Of a stretch of 64,000 nt of DNA, positions 20,329 through 28,082 are shown one piece after another (positions within the stretch are counted from its first letter, which is position 1; every line of letters begins with the position of its first letter). A program made the position numbers and the translations under genes. The stretch spans positions 324,572-388,571 of the forward strand of contig CAVWAC010000003.1 of the NCBI GenBank assembly GCA_963752905.1, written 5' to 3'. Source of the DNA: an uncultured Solirubrobacterales bacterium. Its GTDB lineage: Bacteria > Actinomycetota > Thermoleophilia > Solirubrobacterales > Solirubrobacteraceae. Below the pieces are notes generated by a model. The model had not been told where the DNA came from. It saw only the letters and a program-made list of their open reading frames with translations, and searched no databases.

Positions 20329-21159
20329 TCACGCGTCCCCGACCCGATCGAGGCGCCGAACGGTGCGATAGACGAGGCTCTGGTAGGCCGAGCCGGCGAC
20401 CCGCTGGAGCATGTCGAGTGCACGCGCGTCGGCCCCGATGAGGATCCGGGCGCGCCGACGCTCGATGCCGCGGAGGATGATCCGCGCCGCCGCTTGCGGG
20501 CTCGTGCGGGCGACCTGCTCGAAGGCGAGCGCCATCTCCTCGGCGTCGTCGGCGTCGCCGATGCGGGCCGAGCGGGCGATGTTCGTGCGGATCCCGCCCG
20601 GATGGACGCAGCTGACGCCGACCGGGTGCCCGGCGAGCAGCATCTCCTGGCGCAGCGCCTCGGTGAAGCCGCGCACGGCGAACTTCGTCGCGTTGTAGCC
20701 CGACTGGCTCGGCACGGCGATCATCCCGAACAGGCTCGAGATGTTGACGAGGTGGCCCTCACCGGACGCGATCAGGTGGGGCAGGAACGCCTTGCTGCCG
20801 TACAGCACACCCCAGAAGTTGATCGAGAAGATCCACTCGTAGTCCTCGATCGCGGTGTCGACGACGTCCTTGTGCATCGCCACGCCCGCGTTGTTGACCA
20901 CGAGGTTGACCTGCCCGAAGTCCGTCCGGACCGCCGCCGCGTGGGCGAACACCGCCTCGCGGTCGGACACGTCGAGCGCGTAGGCCCGCGCCTCACCCCC
21001 GCGCTGCTCGCACGCGGTGGCCACCGCCTCGGCGCTCCCGCGGTTGACATCCGAGACCGCGAGCCCCGCGCCGCGCGAGGCAAGTTCGAGCGCGAGCGCC
21101 CGGCCGATGCCCGAGCCCGCGCCGGTGACCACCGCCACCCTGCCGTTGAAGTTGTCCAT
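20329..21159 (-). CDS. SDR family oxidoreductase
   Basis: TGAGSGIG, VVNNAG, YNATKFAV, VHPGGIRT. Confidence 0.93.
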   Translation of the reverse strand: MDNFNGRVAVVTGAGSGIGRALALELASRGAGLAVSDVNRGSAEAVATACEQRGGEARAYALDVSDREAVFAHAAAVRTDFGQVNLVVNNAGVAMHKDVVDTAIEDYEWIFSINFWGVLYGSKAFLPHLIASGEGHLVNISSLFGMIAVPSQSGYNATKFAVRGFTEALRQEMLLAGHPVGVSCVHPGGIRTNIARSARIGDADDAEEMALAFEQVARTSPQAAARIILRGIERRRARILIGADARALDMLQRVAGSAYQSLVYRTVRRLDRVGDA

Positions 21160-21177
21160 CCCGACAGCCTAGGGGCG

Positions 21178-22719
21178 TCAGGGGTGAACGGGCGGCACCG
21201 TGAGCAGGGCGGCGCTCGCGGCCGAGAGCACGACCGTGTACGTCGAGCCGTCGGGGTCAACCGCGGTCGTCCGGGGCGAGCCGCGCAGGCGCCCGCTCGT
21301 GCTGTTGGCGGCGAAGCTCTGGCCGGCGAGCGTGATCCGCCGTGTCCCGGATGCCGCGGGCGCGACCATGCGCTGGAGCGCCGCGGTGCCGTCGGCGCCC
21401 GGGATCCGCACGGCCACGGCATGGCCGTGGCGGAGGTCCTTGTTGATGACGAGCACGCGGACGCGATGGTCGGGAGCGAGCGTGCTCCAGACCTTGACCG
21501 CCCCAGTCGAGCCGCCGCTCTGCGCGAGCAGCACCGAGCCCGGCGGCGCCGCCCGGCCGAACAGCAGCAGCCCGTAGTACTCCGGCGCGATCGCGACGCT
21601 CCAGCCGCCGCCCGAGTGGCGCATCGTGAACAGCTCATAGCCGGCGCCCGGGAACGTGTGGATGTTGACGCCGTCGATGCCGCCCCGGAGCAGCTCGAAC
21701 AGCATGTCGGGCGCCCACAGCGCCGAGGCGAAGGTCTCGCTCACCGTCGGCGCGGCGCCGCAGGCCACCGAGTTGAGCTCGTCGAGCCGCAGCGGCAGAT
21801 GATGCTGGTGGGCGACCGCGGCGAGAGCCGACAGCGTCGTGGCCAATCCGGTCGAGGCGGCGGGGGCGAGCAGGTCGCCGATCGTCGGATAGCGCGGCGA
21901 GCCGGGCGAGACGAAGCACGACTGCAGCGGGTAGCGGTGCATCGTCACGAGGCCGAGCGACGGCGTGCCCGAGATGAAGTTCCAGAGGTTGGCCGCCCAG
22001 GAGACGGTCCCGTACGAGGGCGCCGCGAGCGGATAGGCCGGCACCGCGGAGGCGATCGCGTTGAAGTCGGGTGCGTAGGCCGAGTAGTCCCATCCCGACG
22101 GCCGGCCGGTCACCGCCCGCCCACTCGCGGTGTGGTACCAGGGGAACGTGCCGTACAGGTCGGGTTCGTTGCCGAGCTCGAGGGCGCGCACGTACGTCCG
22201 CCCGACGCCCGACAGGAGCGCCTTGGCCTCGGCCCCGGCGAGGGCCGAGCTGTCGGCCTCGAGGTTGACGCCGAGGATCATGCGCGCGTCGAGGGCGACG
22301 GCCACAGCATGGGCGAGCTTCAGCCACGGATCGGTGAGGGTGAACGTCGCCCACGGCGGGGTGCTGCCGCCGACGGAGGGCAGCCAGCTCTTGTCCTCGC
22401 TCATGCCGCCGACCCGGAGCACCGGCCGCTGGCCCGGGCTGAGCCCGCGGACGAGCTTGAGGAAGAGTGGGTTGAGATGGGATGGATCTGAGCCCGCGTA
22501 GGCGGGCAGCGCCGGATACTCGATCGAGAGGCCGAGGAAGCCGGTCGGCACCGCGCGCAGCGGCGCCGCGCGGGCCTCGACGACGACGTGGGTGTCGACT
22601 CGCGGCGCGCGTCGCTGCGGCCCCGAGCTCGACACGCCGAGGATGATGATCAGCACCGCGAGCGCGACGACGATGCCGAGGTCGGCGGCGCGATAGCGGT
22701 GAGCGGCCGCAGCGCTCAC
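21178..22719 (-). CDS. Glycoside hydrolase family 79 protein (beta-glucuronidase/heparanase-like), membrane-anchored
   Basis: FLGLSIE, VLRVGG, ELGNEPD, LRLDELNS, FASALW, GVNIH; N-terminal hydrophobic helix. Confidence 0.8.
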   Translation of the reverse strand: MSAAAAHRYRAADLGIVVALAVLIIILGVSSSGPQRRAPRVDTHVVVEARAAPLRAVPTGFLGLSIEYPALPAYAGSDPSHLNPLFLKLVRGLSPGQRPVLRVGGMSEDKSWLPSVGGSTPPWATFTLTDPWLKLAHAVAVALDARMILGVNLEADSSALAGAEAKALLSGVGRTYVRALELGNEPDLYGTFPWYHTASGRAVTGRPSGWDYSAYAPDFNAIASAVPAYPLAAPSYGTVSWAANLWNFISGTPSLGLVTMHRYPLQSCFVSPGSPRYPTIGDLLAPAASTGLATTLSALAAVAHQHHLPLRLDELNSVACGAAPTVSETFASALWAPDMLFELLRGGIDGVNIHTFPGAGYELFTMRHSGGGWSVAIAPEYYGLLLFGRAAPPGSVLLAQSGGSTGAVKVWSTLAPDHRVRVLVINKDLRHGHAVAVRIPGADGTAALQRMVAPAASGTRRITLAGQSFAANSTSGRLRGSPRTTAVDPDGSTYTVVLSAASAALLTVPPVHP

Positions 22720-22970
22720 TCCCGGATCGTGGTGTCAAGCTCGAGTTGGAGGGCCGTGGGTTCGAGCGGCTCGGGCGTCGCCCGGGGCCGGCCACGCTTC
22801 GCCCAGTGCCCTACCACCTGGTGCGCGGTGCAGCTGCGATAGCTCACCCGACGATCGAGCGGCTGCACGCTCAGCCCGCTGGGGGCGTTTCCGAGCACGA
22901 AGGCGTGGAAGCGCCGCCCCAGGCGATCGACCTCGACGATGTCGCCCGTCTGGATCCCTTCGAGCCGCAT
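22716..22970 (-). CDS. Small hypothetical protein (84 aa), SH3/Tudor-like beta pattern
   Basis: MRLEGIQTGDIVEVDRLGRRFHAFV…; ATG 8 nt after TACCCT; stop overlaps the GH79 GTG. Confidence 0.6.
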   Translation of the reverse strand: MRLEGIQTGDIVEVDRLGRRFHAFVLGNAPSGLSVQPLDRRVSYRSCTAHQVVGHWAKRGRPRATPEPLEPTALQLELDTTIRE

Positions 22971-23017
22971 GGGCACAGAGGGTACGCGGGCGGGAGGCGC
23001 GAGCCCGCCGCCGCCGC

Positions 23018-24856
23018 TCAGTACAGGTCCTGGACCTCGATGTTCCAGCGCGCCGTGTCGGATCCCGGCGAGACGCTCAGCTGGTAGACGCCCGGACCGG
23101 TGTGGAAGGTCCGCGTCTGGCCGCTGCCCTGGCCGAGGTCGAAGTTGTCGAGCGTCACGCCGGAATGGGCGTCGGTGAGCGTCGCGCTGGGGCCCGAGCA
23201 GATGAAGATCAGCGTGCACGTGCCGACGTAACCCATGCTGTAGACGATCCGCCAGCGCTGGCCGCGGATGCGGAACGGCACCGACTGGTCCTGGTTCGTG
23301 CCGCCGAAGCTGGTGAGTGAGCGCCAGCTCGGGACCTCGGCGACGGACAGCTCGACGACGCTGCCGCGGCCGACCCGAGCGCCCGCGCTCGGGCTCTGGC
23401 TCATGACCGTGCCCGGAGTGCTCCCCGGGGCCGCGATCGACTGCACGCCGCTGCCGAGGTGCGCCTGGCCGAGGGCCGTCTGGGCGGTTCCCGTGCTCGC
23501 GCCGACGACGTTCGGCACCGTCACCGGCGGCGGTCCCCCGCTCAGCACCACCGTGACGGTGGCGCCACTGTTGACCCGCACGCCGGCCGCCGGGTGCTGG
23601 GCGATCGCCCGGCCACGGGCGGCGGAGCTGAACCCGCTCGCGAAGGTGGCGTGCAGCCCGCTGTGGCGCAGCGCGTCCGTGGCCCGGTTGCGCGTCAGGC
23701 CGCCCACGTTCGGGACGCGCACCTGCCCCGACCCGAGCGCGACGGCCAAGGCGACGCCGACCGCCCCGCCGAGCAGCGCGGCCACGAGCGCGAACAGCGC
23801 CATGCGCTGCCGCCGCTCTGCCGGATTGACGTTGTGGCGCGGGGACATCGGCTGGCCGATCCGGGTGGCGTCCTCGTGCCCGTCGCCCGCGACCCGCGTC
23901 GTCTCCTCGTGCCCGTCCTCCGCGACCCGCGTGGCCTCCTCGTGCCCGTTGGTCGCCACCCGGGTCGCCGCGTCGCTGCCGTTGACGGGGGCCGGCGACA
24001 CGTCGGACGGCGTCACCGGCACCGGGGCGATCCAGCGCAGATCGGCGCGCGCCCGCGCGAGCGCCGCGGCCATCTCCTCTCCGTCGGCGTAGCGGTCGGT
24101 GGGATCCTTGGCCAGCGCGCGCTCCACGATCGCGCCGAGGCTGAGCGGCGTGCCTGGGGGCAGCGGCGGCGGCGGGTCCTGCACGTGGGCGACGGCGAGC
24201 TCGACCATCGAGCCCTGGAAGGGCGGGCGGCCGGCGAGCATCTCGTAGAGCACGACGCCGACGCCATAGACGTCGGTGCTCGGGCTCGTGCCGGCGCCGC
24301 GAGCCTGCTCGGGAGCCATGTAACGCGGCGTGCCGGCCACCGTCCCGCCGCCCTCGCTGCTGCCCTCGGCGAGGCGCGCGACGCCGAAGTCGCCCACCTT
24401 GATCCGGCCGTCGACGGTGATCAGCACGTTGGCCGGCTTGACGTCACGGTGCACGACGCGGCGGGCGTGGGCGTGGGCGAGCGCGTTCGCGAGCTGCTCG
24501 GCGATGTCGGCCGCCTCGTCGGGCGGGATCGGACCCGCCCTCAGGCGGTCGGCGAGGCTCTCGCCGTCGACGAGCTCGGCGACGTAGTACAGCCCCTCCG
24601 AGGCGTGGCCCACGTCGTAGATCTGCACGATGCCCGGGTCGCTGATCGAGGCGAGCAGCTGGGCCTCGCGCTCGAAGCTCTCGACCCACTCCGGGTCCTC
24701 CGACCACCACGGCTTGATCACCTTGACCGCGACCCAGCGCGCGAGCCGGCGATCGCGACCGCGATAGACGCGGCCGAACGTCCCCTCGCCGATGACGGCA
24801 TGCAGCTCGTAGCGCCCGTCGAGGGCGACGCCGGAGAGATCGGGTGCGATGGGCAT
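23018..24856 (-). CDS. PknB-like Ser/Thr protein kinase with TM helix and two PASTA domains
   Basis: IGEGTFG, VAVK, HRDVKPAN, DFG, GTPRYMAPE; TM; VRVPNVGG and VTVPNVVG repeats. Confidence 0.93.
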   Translation of the reverse strand: MPIAPDLSGVALDGRYELHAVIGEGTFGRVYRGRDRRLARWVAVKVIKPWWSEDPEWVESFEREAQLLASISDPGIVQIYDVGHASEGLYYVAELVDGESLADRLRAGPIPPDEAADIAEQLANALAHAHARRVVHRDVKPANVLITVDGRIKVGDFGVARLAEGSSEGGGTVAGTPRYMAPEQARGAGTSPSTDVYGVGVVLYEMLAGRPPFQGSMVELAVAHVQDPPPPLPPGTPLSLGAIVERALAKDPTDRYADGEEMAAALARARADLRWIAPVPVTPSDVSPAPVNGSDAATRVATNGHEEATRVAEDGHEETTRVAGDGHEDATRIGQPMSPRHNVNPAERRQRMALFALVAALLGGAVGVALAVALGSGQVRVPNVGGLTRNRATDALRHSGLHATFASGFSSAARGRAIAQHPAAGVRVNSGATVTVVLSGGPPPVTVPNVVGASTGTAQTALGQAHLGSGVQSIAAPGSTPGTVMSQSPSAGARVGRGSVVELSVAEVPSWRSLTSFGGTNQDQSVPFRIRGQRWRIVYSMGYVGTCTLIFICSGPSATLTDAHSGVTLDNFDLGQGSGQTRTFHTGPGVYQLSVSPGSDTARWNIEVQDLY

Positions 24857-24967
24857 CGGCGGCCGAAGAGGTCAGATCGATGGTGGACGGGGAGCGCCGA
24901 ATGCGTCGCCCCCAACAGACATGATGGCGAATGACCCGCAGAACACCCGAGATTTCGTGCCAACGCA

Positions 24968-25468
24968 ATGATCCTGCTCCTCGAAGTGGCGGCCCTGCTC
25001 GGGGTCGCGCTGGCCGGCCATCGGCTCCTTCCGGGGCGGCCGACGGCCGTCGTCGTCGCCGGCTGGCTCGCCGCGCTGGCCGGCGCGGCCGCCTTCTGGA
25101 TCGGGGTCGGCCCCGGTGCGGTCGGCATGGTGCGCGAGCACGCGCGGGATGCGCACCTCAACGCTGCTCAGGCGTTTGCCCGCCCGGGCGAGGGGTTCGG
25201 CGCGCGCGAGGACGTGCTCGCCTGGGCCGACGCGACCCTGCCCCGACACGGTCGCGTCTATCTCGACTGCCCGCAGCCGGAGCGCTGCTCGAACGGCCTG
25301 GCCAACTGGATCGCCTACCGGCTCGAGCCGCGCGTGTTCACCGACACGCCGGCGCAGGCCACATGGGTGCTCCTCTACCGCACGGCGTCGGGCCGTTCGG
25401 CGCCCCCGGGCTTCGTGCTCGCCGCGACCTACGCGCCGGGCTTCGCCGTCGCGAGGAGGGCGGGGTGA
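24968..25468 (+). CDS. Hypothetical membrane protein
   Basis: Two N-terminal hydrophobic segments, extracytoplasmic C-terminus (WIAYRLEPR); GTGA coupling to the next gene. Confidence 0.65.
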   Translation: MILLLEVAALLGVALAGHRLLPGRPTAVVVAGWLAALAGAAAFWIGVGPGAVGMVREHARDAHLNAAQAFARPGEGFGAREDVLAWADATLPRHGRVYLDCPQPERCSNGLANWIAYRLEPRVFTDTPAQATWVLLYRTASGRSAPPGFVLAATYAPGFAVARRAG

Positions 25469-26898
25469 GGAGCGTCCTCGGGCCGGTCGCCGTCCACGGC
25501 TCCCTGTGGCTTGGGGGCCTTGGCATGCTGCGCGCCGCCGGCGTGATACCGGAGGCCTGGTCGTGGCGGGCCCTTGCGGCCAGCGGCCTCGCCTATCTCG
25601 TGGGAATCGTCGGCACCCTCACCCTGTGCCTGGTCGTGCTCATCGCCGGCGGCCCGTTCACCCTTCCGCTGTTCTTCGCCTTCGCCGGGGTGCTCGCGCT
25701 CCCGGCGCTGCGCGATCTCCTTCGCATCGCGCGCACCGGCCCACGGCGCGGAGGGTCGCGCCCGCGCCCCGCGTGGCTCGCCGAGCGCCGGGGCGTCCGG
25801 ATCGCGCTCGGGCTGACCCTCGCCGCCCTCTTCGGCCTTCTCGTCGTCGGCCTGTTCACGCTCAGCAACCGCCCGATCGCCGGCGCCGGCGAGACCGACG
25901 CGTGGCACATCTGGATGTTCCGCGCGCGCCTGCTGTCCCTCGACACCCACCTGCCGACCGCGATCCTCGGCTTTGCCGGGGATGCTCGGATCAATCCGCA
26001 CTACAACATCAACCCCGCGTATCCGTGGCTGCTTCCGCTCTTCGAGGCGCTCCACCTCCGGGCCGTCGGGACGTCGGCACCCTCGTCGGCCCATCTCGCG
26101 CTCTGGCTGCTCGGGGTGGGATTCGTCTGGGCCGGTGCGTTCCTCGCCGCTCGGGTGACGCGCCCGCTCGTCTGGGTGCCGGTGCTCGCCGGCACGCTCG
26201 TGCTCTCCCGCCACGCGCTGCTGAGCGGTTACGCCGACGTGCCGGTGGCCTACTACCTCGGCCTCGGCACGCTCGCCCTCGGGCTGTGGCTGCGGTCCGG
26301 CCGCCGGAGCGACCTCGTCCTCGCCGCCCTGCTGATGGCGGGGGCGGCGCAGATCAAGAACGAGGGCACCGCCGGCGCGGTGGCGATCGTCGTGGCGGCC
26401 GGCCTGGTCGCTCGGTTCGGCCCCCGCACCGTCCCGCTGCGCGAACTGCTCATCGCCACCGGAGCAGTGGCCCTTCTCGCCGTCCTGCCCTGGCAGCTGT
26501 GGGTCTCGGCCCACCATCTGCAGACCGAGGTGCCAACCGGCCGCTACCTCGACGTGCGCTACCTCGCGCACCATGCATCCCGTGTCTGGCCGTCGGTGCG
26601 CTCGCTCGGAGCGCAACTCGCGATCCCCACGCACGTCACCCTGTTCGTCGCTCCCGCGGTCGCGCTCGCGGTGCTGTGCCTGTGGCAGCGGCAGCACCGG
26701 GGGCTGTCCGCCTTCTACCTGCTCGCCGGGGCCGGCTACTTCGTCACGCTCGTCGGGGCCGACTGGGTCGACACCTTCCCGTTCGGGCACCTGCTCAGTG
26801 GCTCGTCCTACCGGCTCGTCGACGGGGTGGCCATGATCGCGGTCGCGGCGATCATCCAGCTGTCCGGGAGCGGGCCGCTCACCGCACGACGAGAATGA
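25465..26898 (+). CDS. Polytopic membrane protein, putative GT-C fold glycosyltransferase
   Basis: About 12 TM segments; ETDAWHIWMFRAR, YPWLLP, GYADVP, QIKNEG motifs. Confidence 0.6.
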   Translation: MRSVLGPVAVHGSLWLGGLGMLRAAGVIPEAWSWRALAASGLAYLVGIVGTLTLCLVVLIAGGPFTLPLFFAFAGVLALPALRDLLRIARTGPRRGGSRPRPAWLAERRGVRIALGLTLAALFGLLVVGLFTLSNRPIAGAGETDAWHIWMFRARLLSLDTHLPTAILGFAGDARINPHYNINPAYPWLLPLFEALHLRAVGTSAPSSAHLALWLLGVGFVWAGAFLAARVTRPLVWVPVLAGTLVLSRHALLSGYADVPVAYYLGLGTLALGLWLRSGRRSDLVLAALLMAGAAQIKNEGTAGAVAIVVAAGLVARFGPRTVPLRELLIATGAVALLAVLPWQLWVSAHHLQTEVPTGRYLDVRYLAHHASRVWPSVRSLGAQLAIPTHVTLFVAPAVALAVLCLWQRQHRGLSAFYLLAGAGYFVTLVGADWVDTFPFGHLLSGSSYRLVDGVAMIAVAAIIQLSGSGPLTARRE

Positions 26899-27043
26899 TC
26901 ACGACGATGACCAGCAGCAGAGCCATGCCGGCCCCGGCCAGCGGCCACGGCTGGCGCCAGAACTCAGGCTTGGCGCGGTCACGGGTGTAGCGGCCCTCCG
27001 GCGGCTCGCCGACCCAGTCCTCGTCATCGTCGTAGGGCGCCAT
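26879..27043 (-). CDS. Small single-pass membrane protein (54 aa), not in the ORF track
   Basis: MAPYDDDEDWVGEPPEGRYTRDRAKPEFWRQPWPLAGAGMALLLVIVVIILVVR; ATG 8 nt after TAGCCT; GC3-rich codons. Confidence 0.75.
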   Translation of the reverse strand: MAPYDDDEDWVGEPPEGRYTRDRAKPEFWRQPWPLAGAGMALLLVIVVIILVVR

Positions 27044-27075
27044 CGTGCCTCAGGCTACCCACTGTCGGCGCGGTG

Positions 27076-27963
27076 TCAGCCGAGCGAGCTGAGGCTCGCG
27101 ACCTGGTCGGCCGGCGGGAGCGCCGGCGGCGCTTGTGGCCCGTACACGGGAATGTCCATCTGCATCGTCATGCTCACGCCGAGACCGGCGAGGGCGCCAC
27201 CGCCGAAGGACATCTCGATCCGCCGCACGAGGTGGTGACTGTCGACCCACACGTCGATCGGCAGGCCGCTGACATGGGCGAACGACTGCAGCGCACCGAG
27301 CTCCCGCTTGATCGTGCCCTGCATCGACGAGGGCACGGAGTTCGCGACCTGGTCGAGGCTGATCGTCGCGTGGTAGTGCGTCGTCGCCTGGTTGTCGACC
27401 CAGTCGCCACCGACGACCGTCACGTTGCCGGACACGCCGCGGAGGTACTGGAGGAACTGGCTCGGGTCCGAGGACAGCGGGTTCTGGGTCAGCGAGGACA
27501 ACCCGGAGATGCCGGCGGCCGCGGCGAGCTTGGTGAGGTCGATCTTCACCCAGGGCTTGCCGCCGGTCGCGCTCCCGACGAGCTGGGCGGGCATCTTCAT
27601 GTACAGGGCGTCGGGCCGAACGATCTCCTCGATGTGCATGTTCCCTCCGCTCGAGCCGGGAATCCCCTGCGGCAGGTTCATGTCCATGACGAAGGAGCCG
27701 GTGTGCCCGCGGGTGTCGAACACGCCGCTGCCGCTGGCCGTCACCGCGCTCGGGAGGGTCGGGGCGCTGATCTGCATCGACATCGTCATCCGGAACCCGG
27801 GCGTGGAGTTGGAGACGGTGGCCGCCTGCGCCACCGGGTCGAGCACACTGCTGCCACCGCAACCGGCGAGGGCGAGCACGCAGCCGCCAATGGCGACCAG
27901 CGAGACGACGGTCGCGGCGGCGCGGGCCCAGCCCGGGCGAGTCCGGAGTGCCCCCGGTGTCAT
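27076..27963 (-). CDS. Lipoprotein, LppX/LprAFG-like fold
   Basis: Lipobox LAGC; DPSQFLQYL, TTHYHATI, DVWVDSHHLVRR. Confidence 0.75.
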   Translation of the reverse strand: MTPGALRTRPGWARAAATVVSLVAIGGCVLALAGCGGSSVLDPVAQAATVSNSTPGFRMTMSMQISAPTLPSAVTASGSGVFDTRGHTGSFVMDMNLPQGIPGSSGGNMHIEEIVRPDALYMKMPAQLVGSATGGKPWVKIDLTKLAAAAGISGLSSLTQNPLSSDPSQFLQYLRGVSGNVTVVGGDWVDNQATTHYHATISLDQVANSVPSSMQGTIKRELGALQSFAHVSGLPIDVWVDSHHLVRRIEMSFGGGALAGLGVSMTMQMDIPVYGPQAPPALPPADQVASLSSLG

Positions 27964-28082
27964 GCCTCCAGCATCGGCATCGGGGACCGCGATCTTTACG
28001 ATGCACCGGACGTTTGCCGAGGTTTGTGGCGAGTTAGGAAAGCTGAACCGCGAGTCAGGCATGACCCCGCGCAGCTAGTGTC

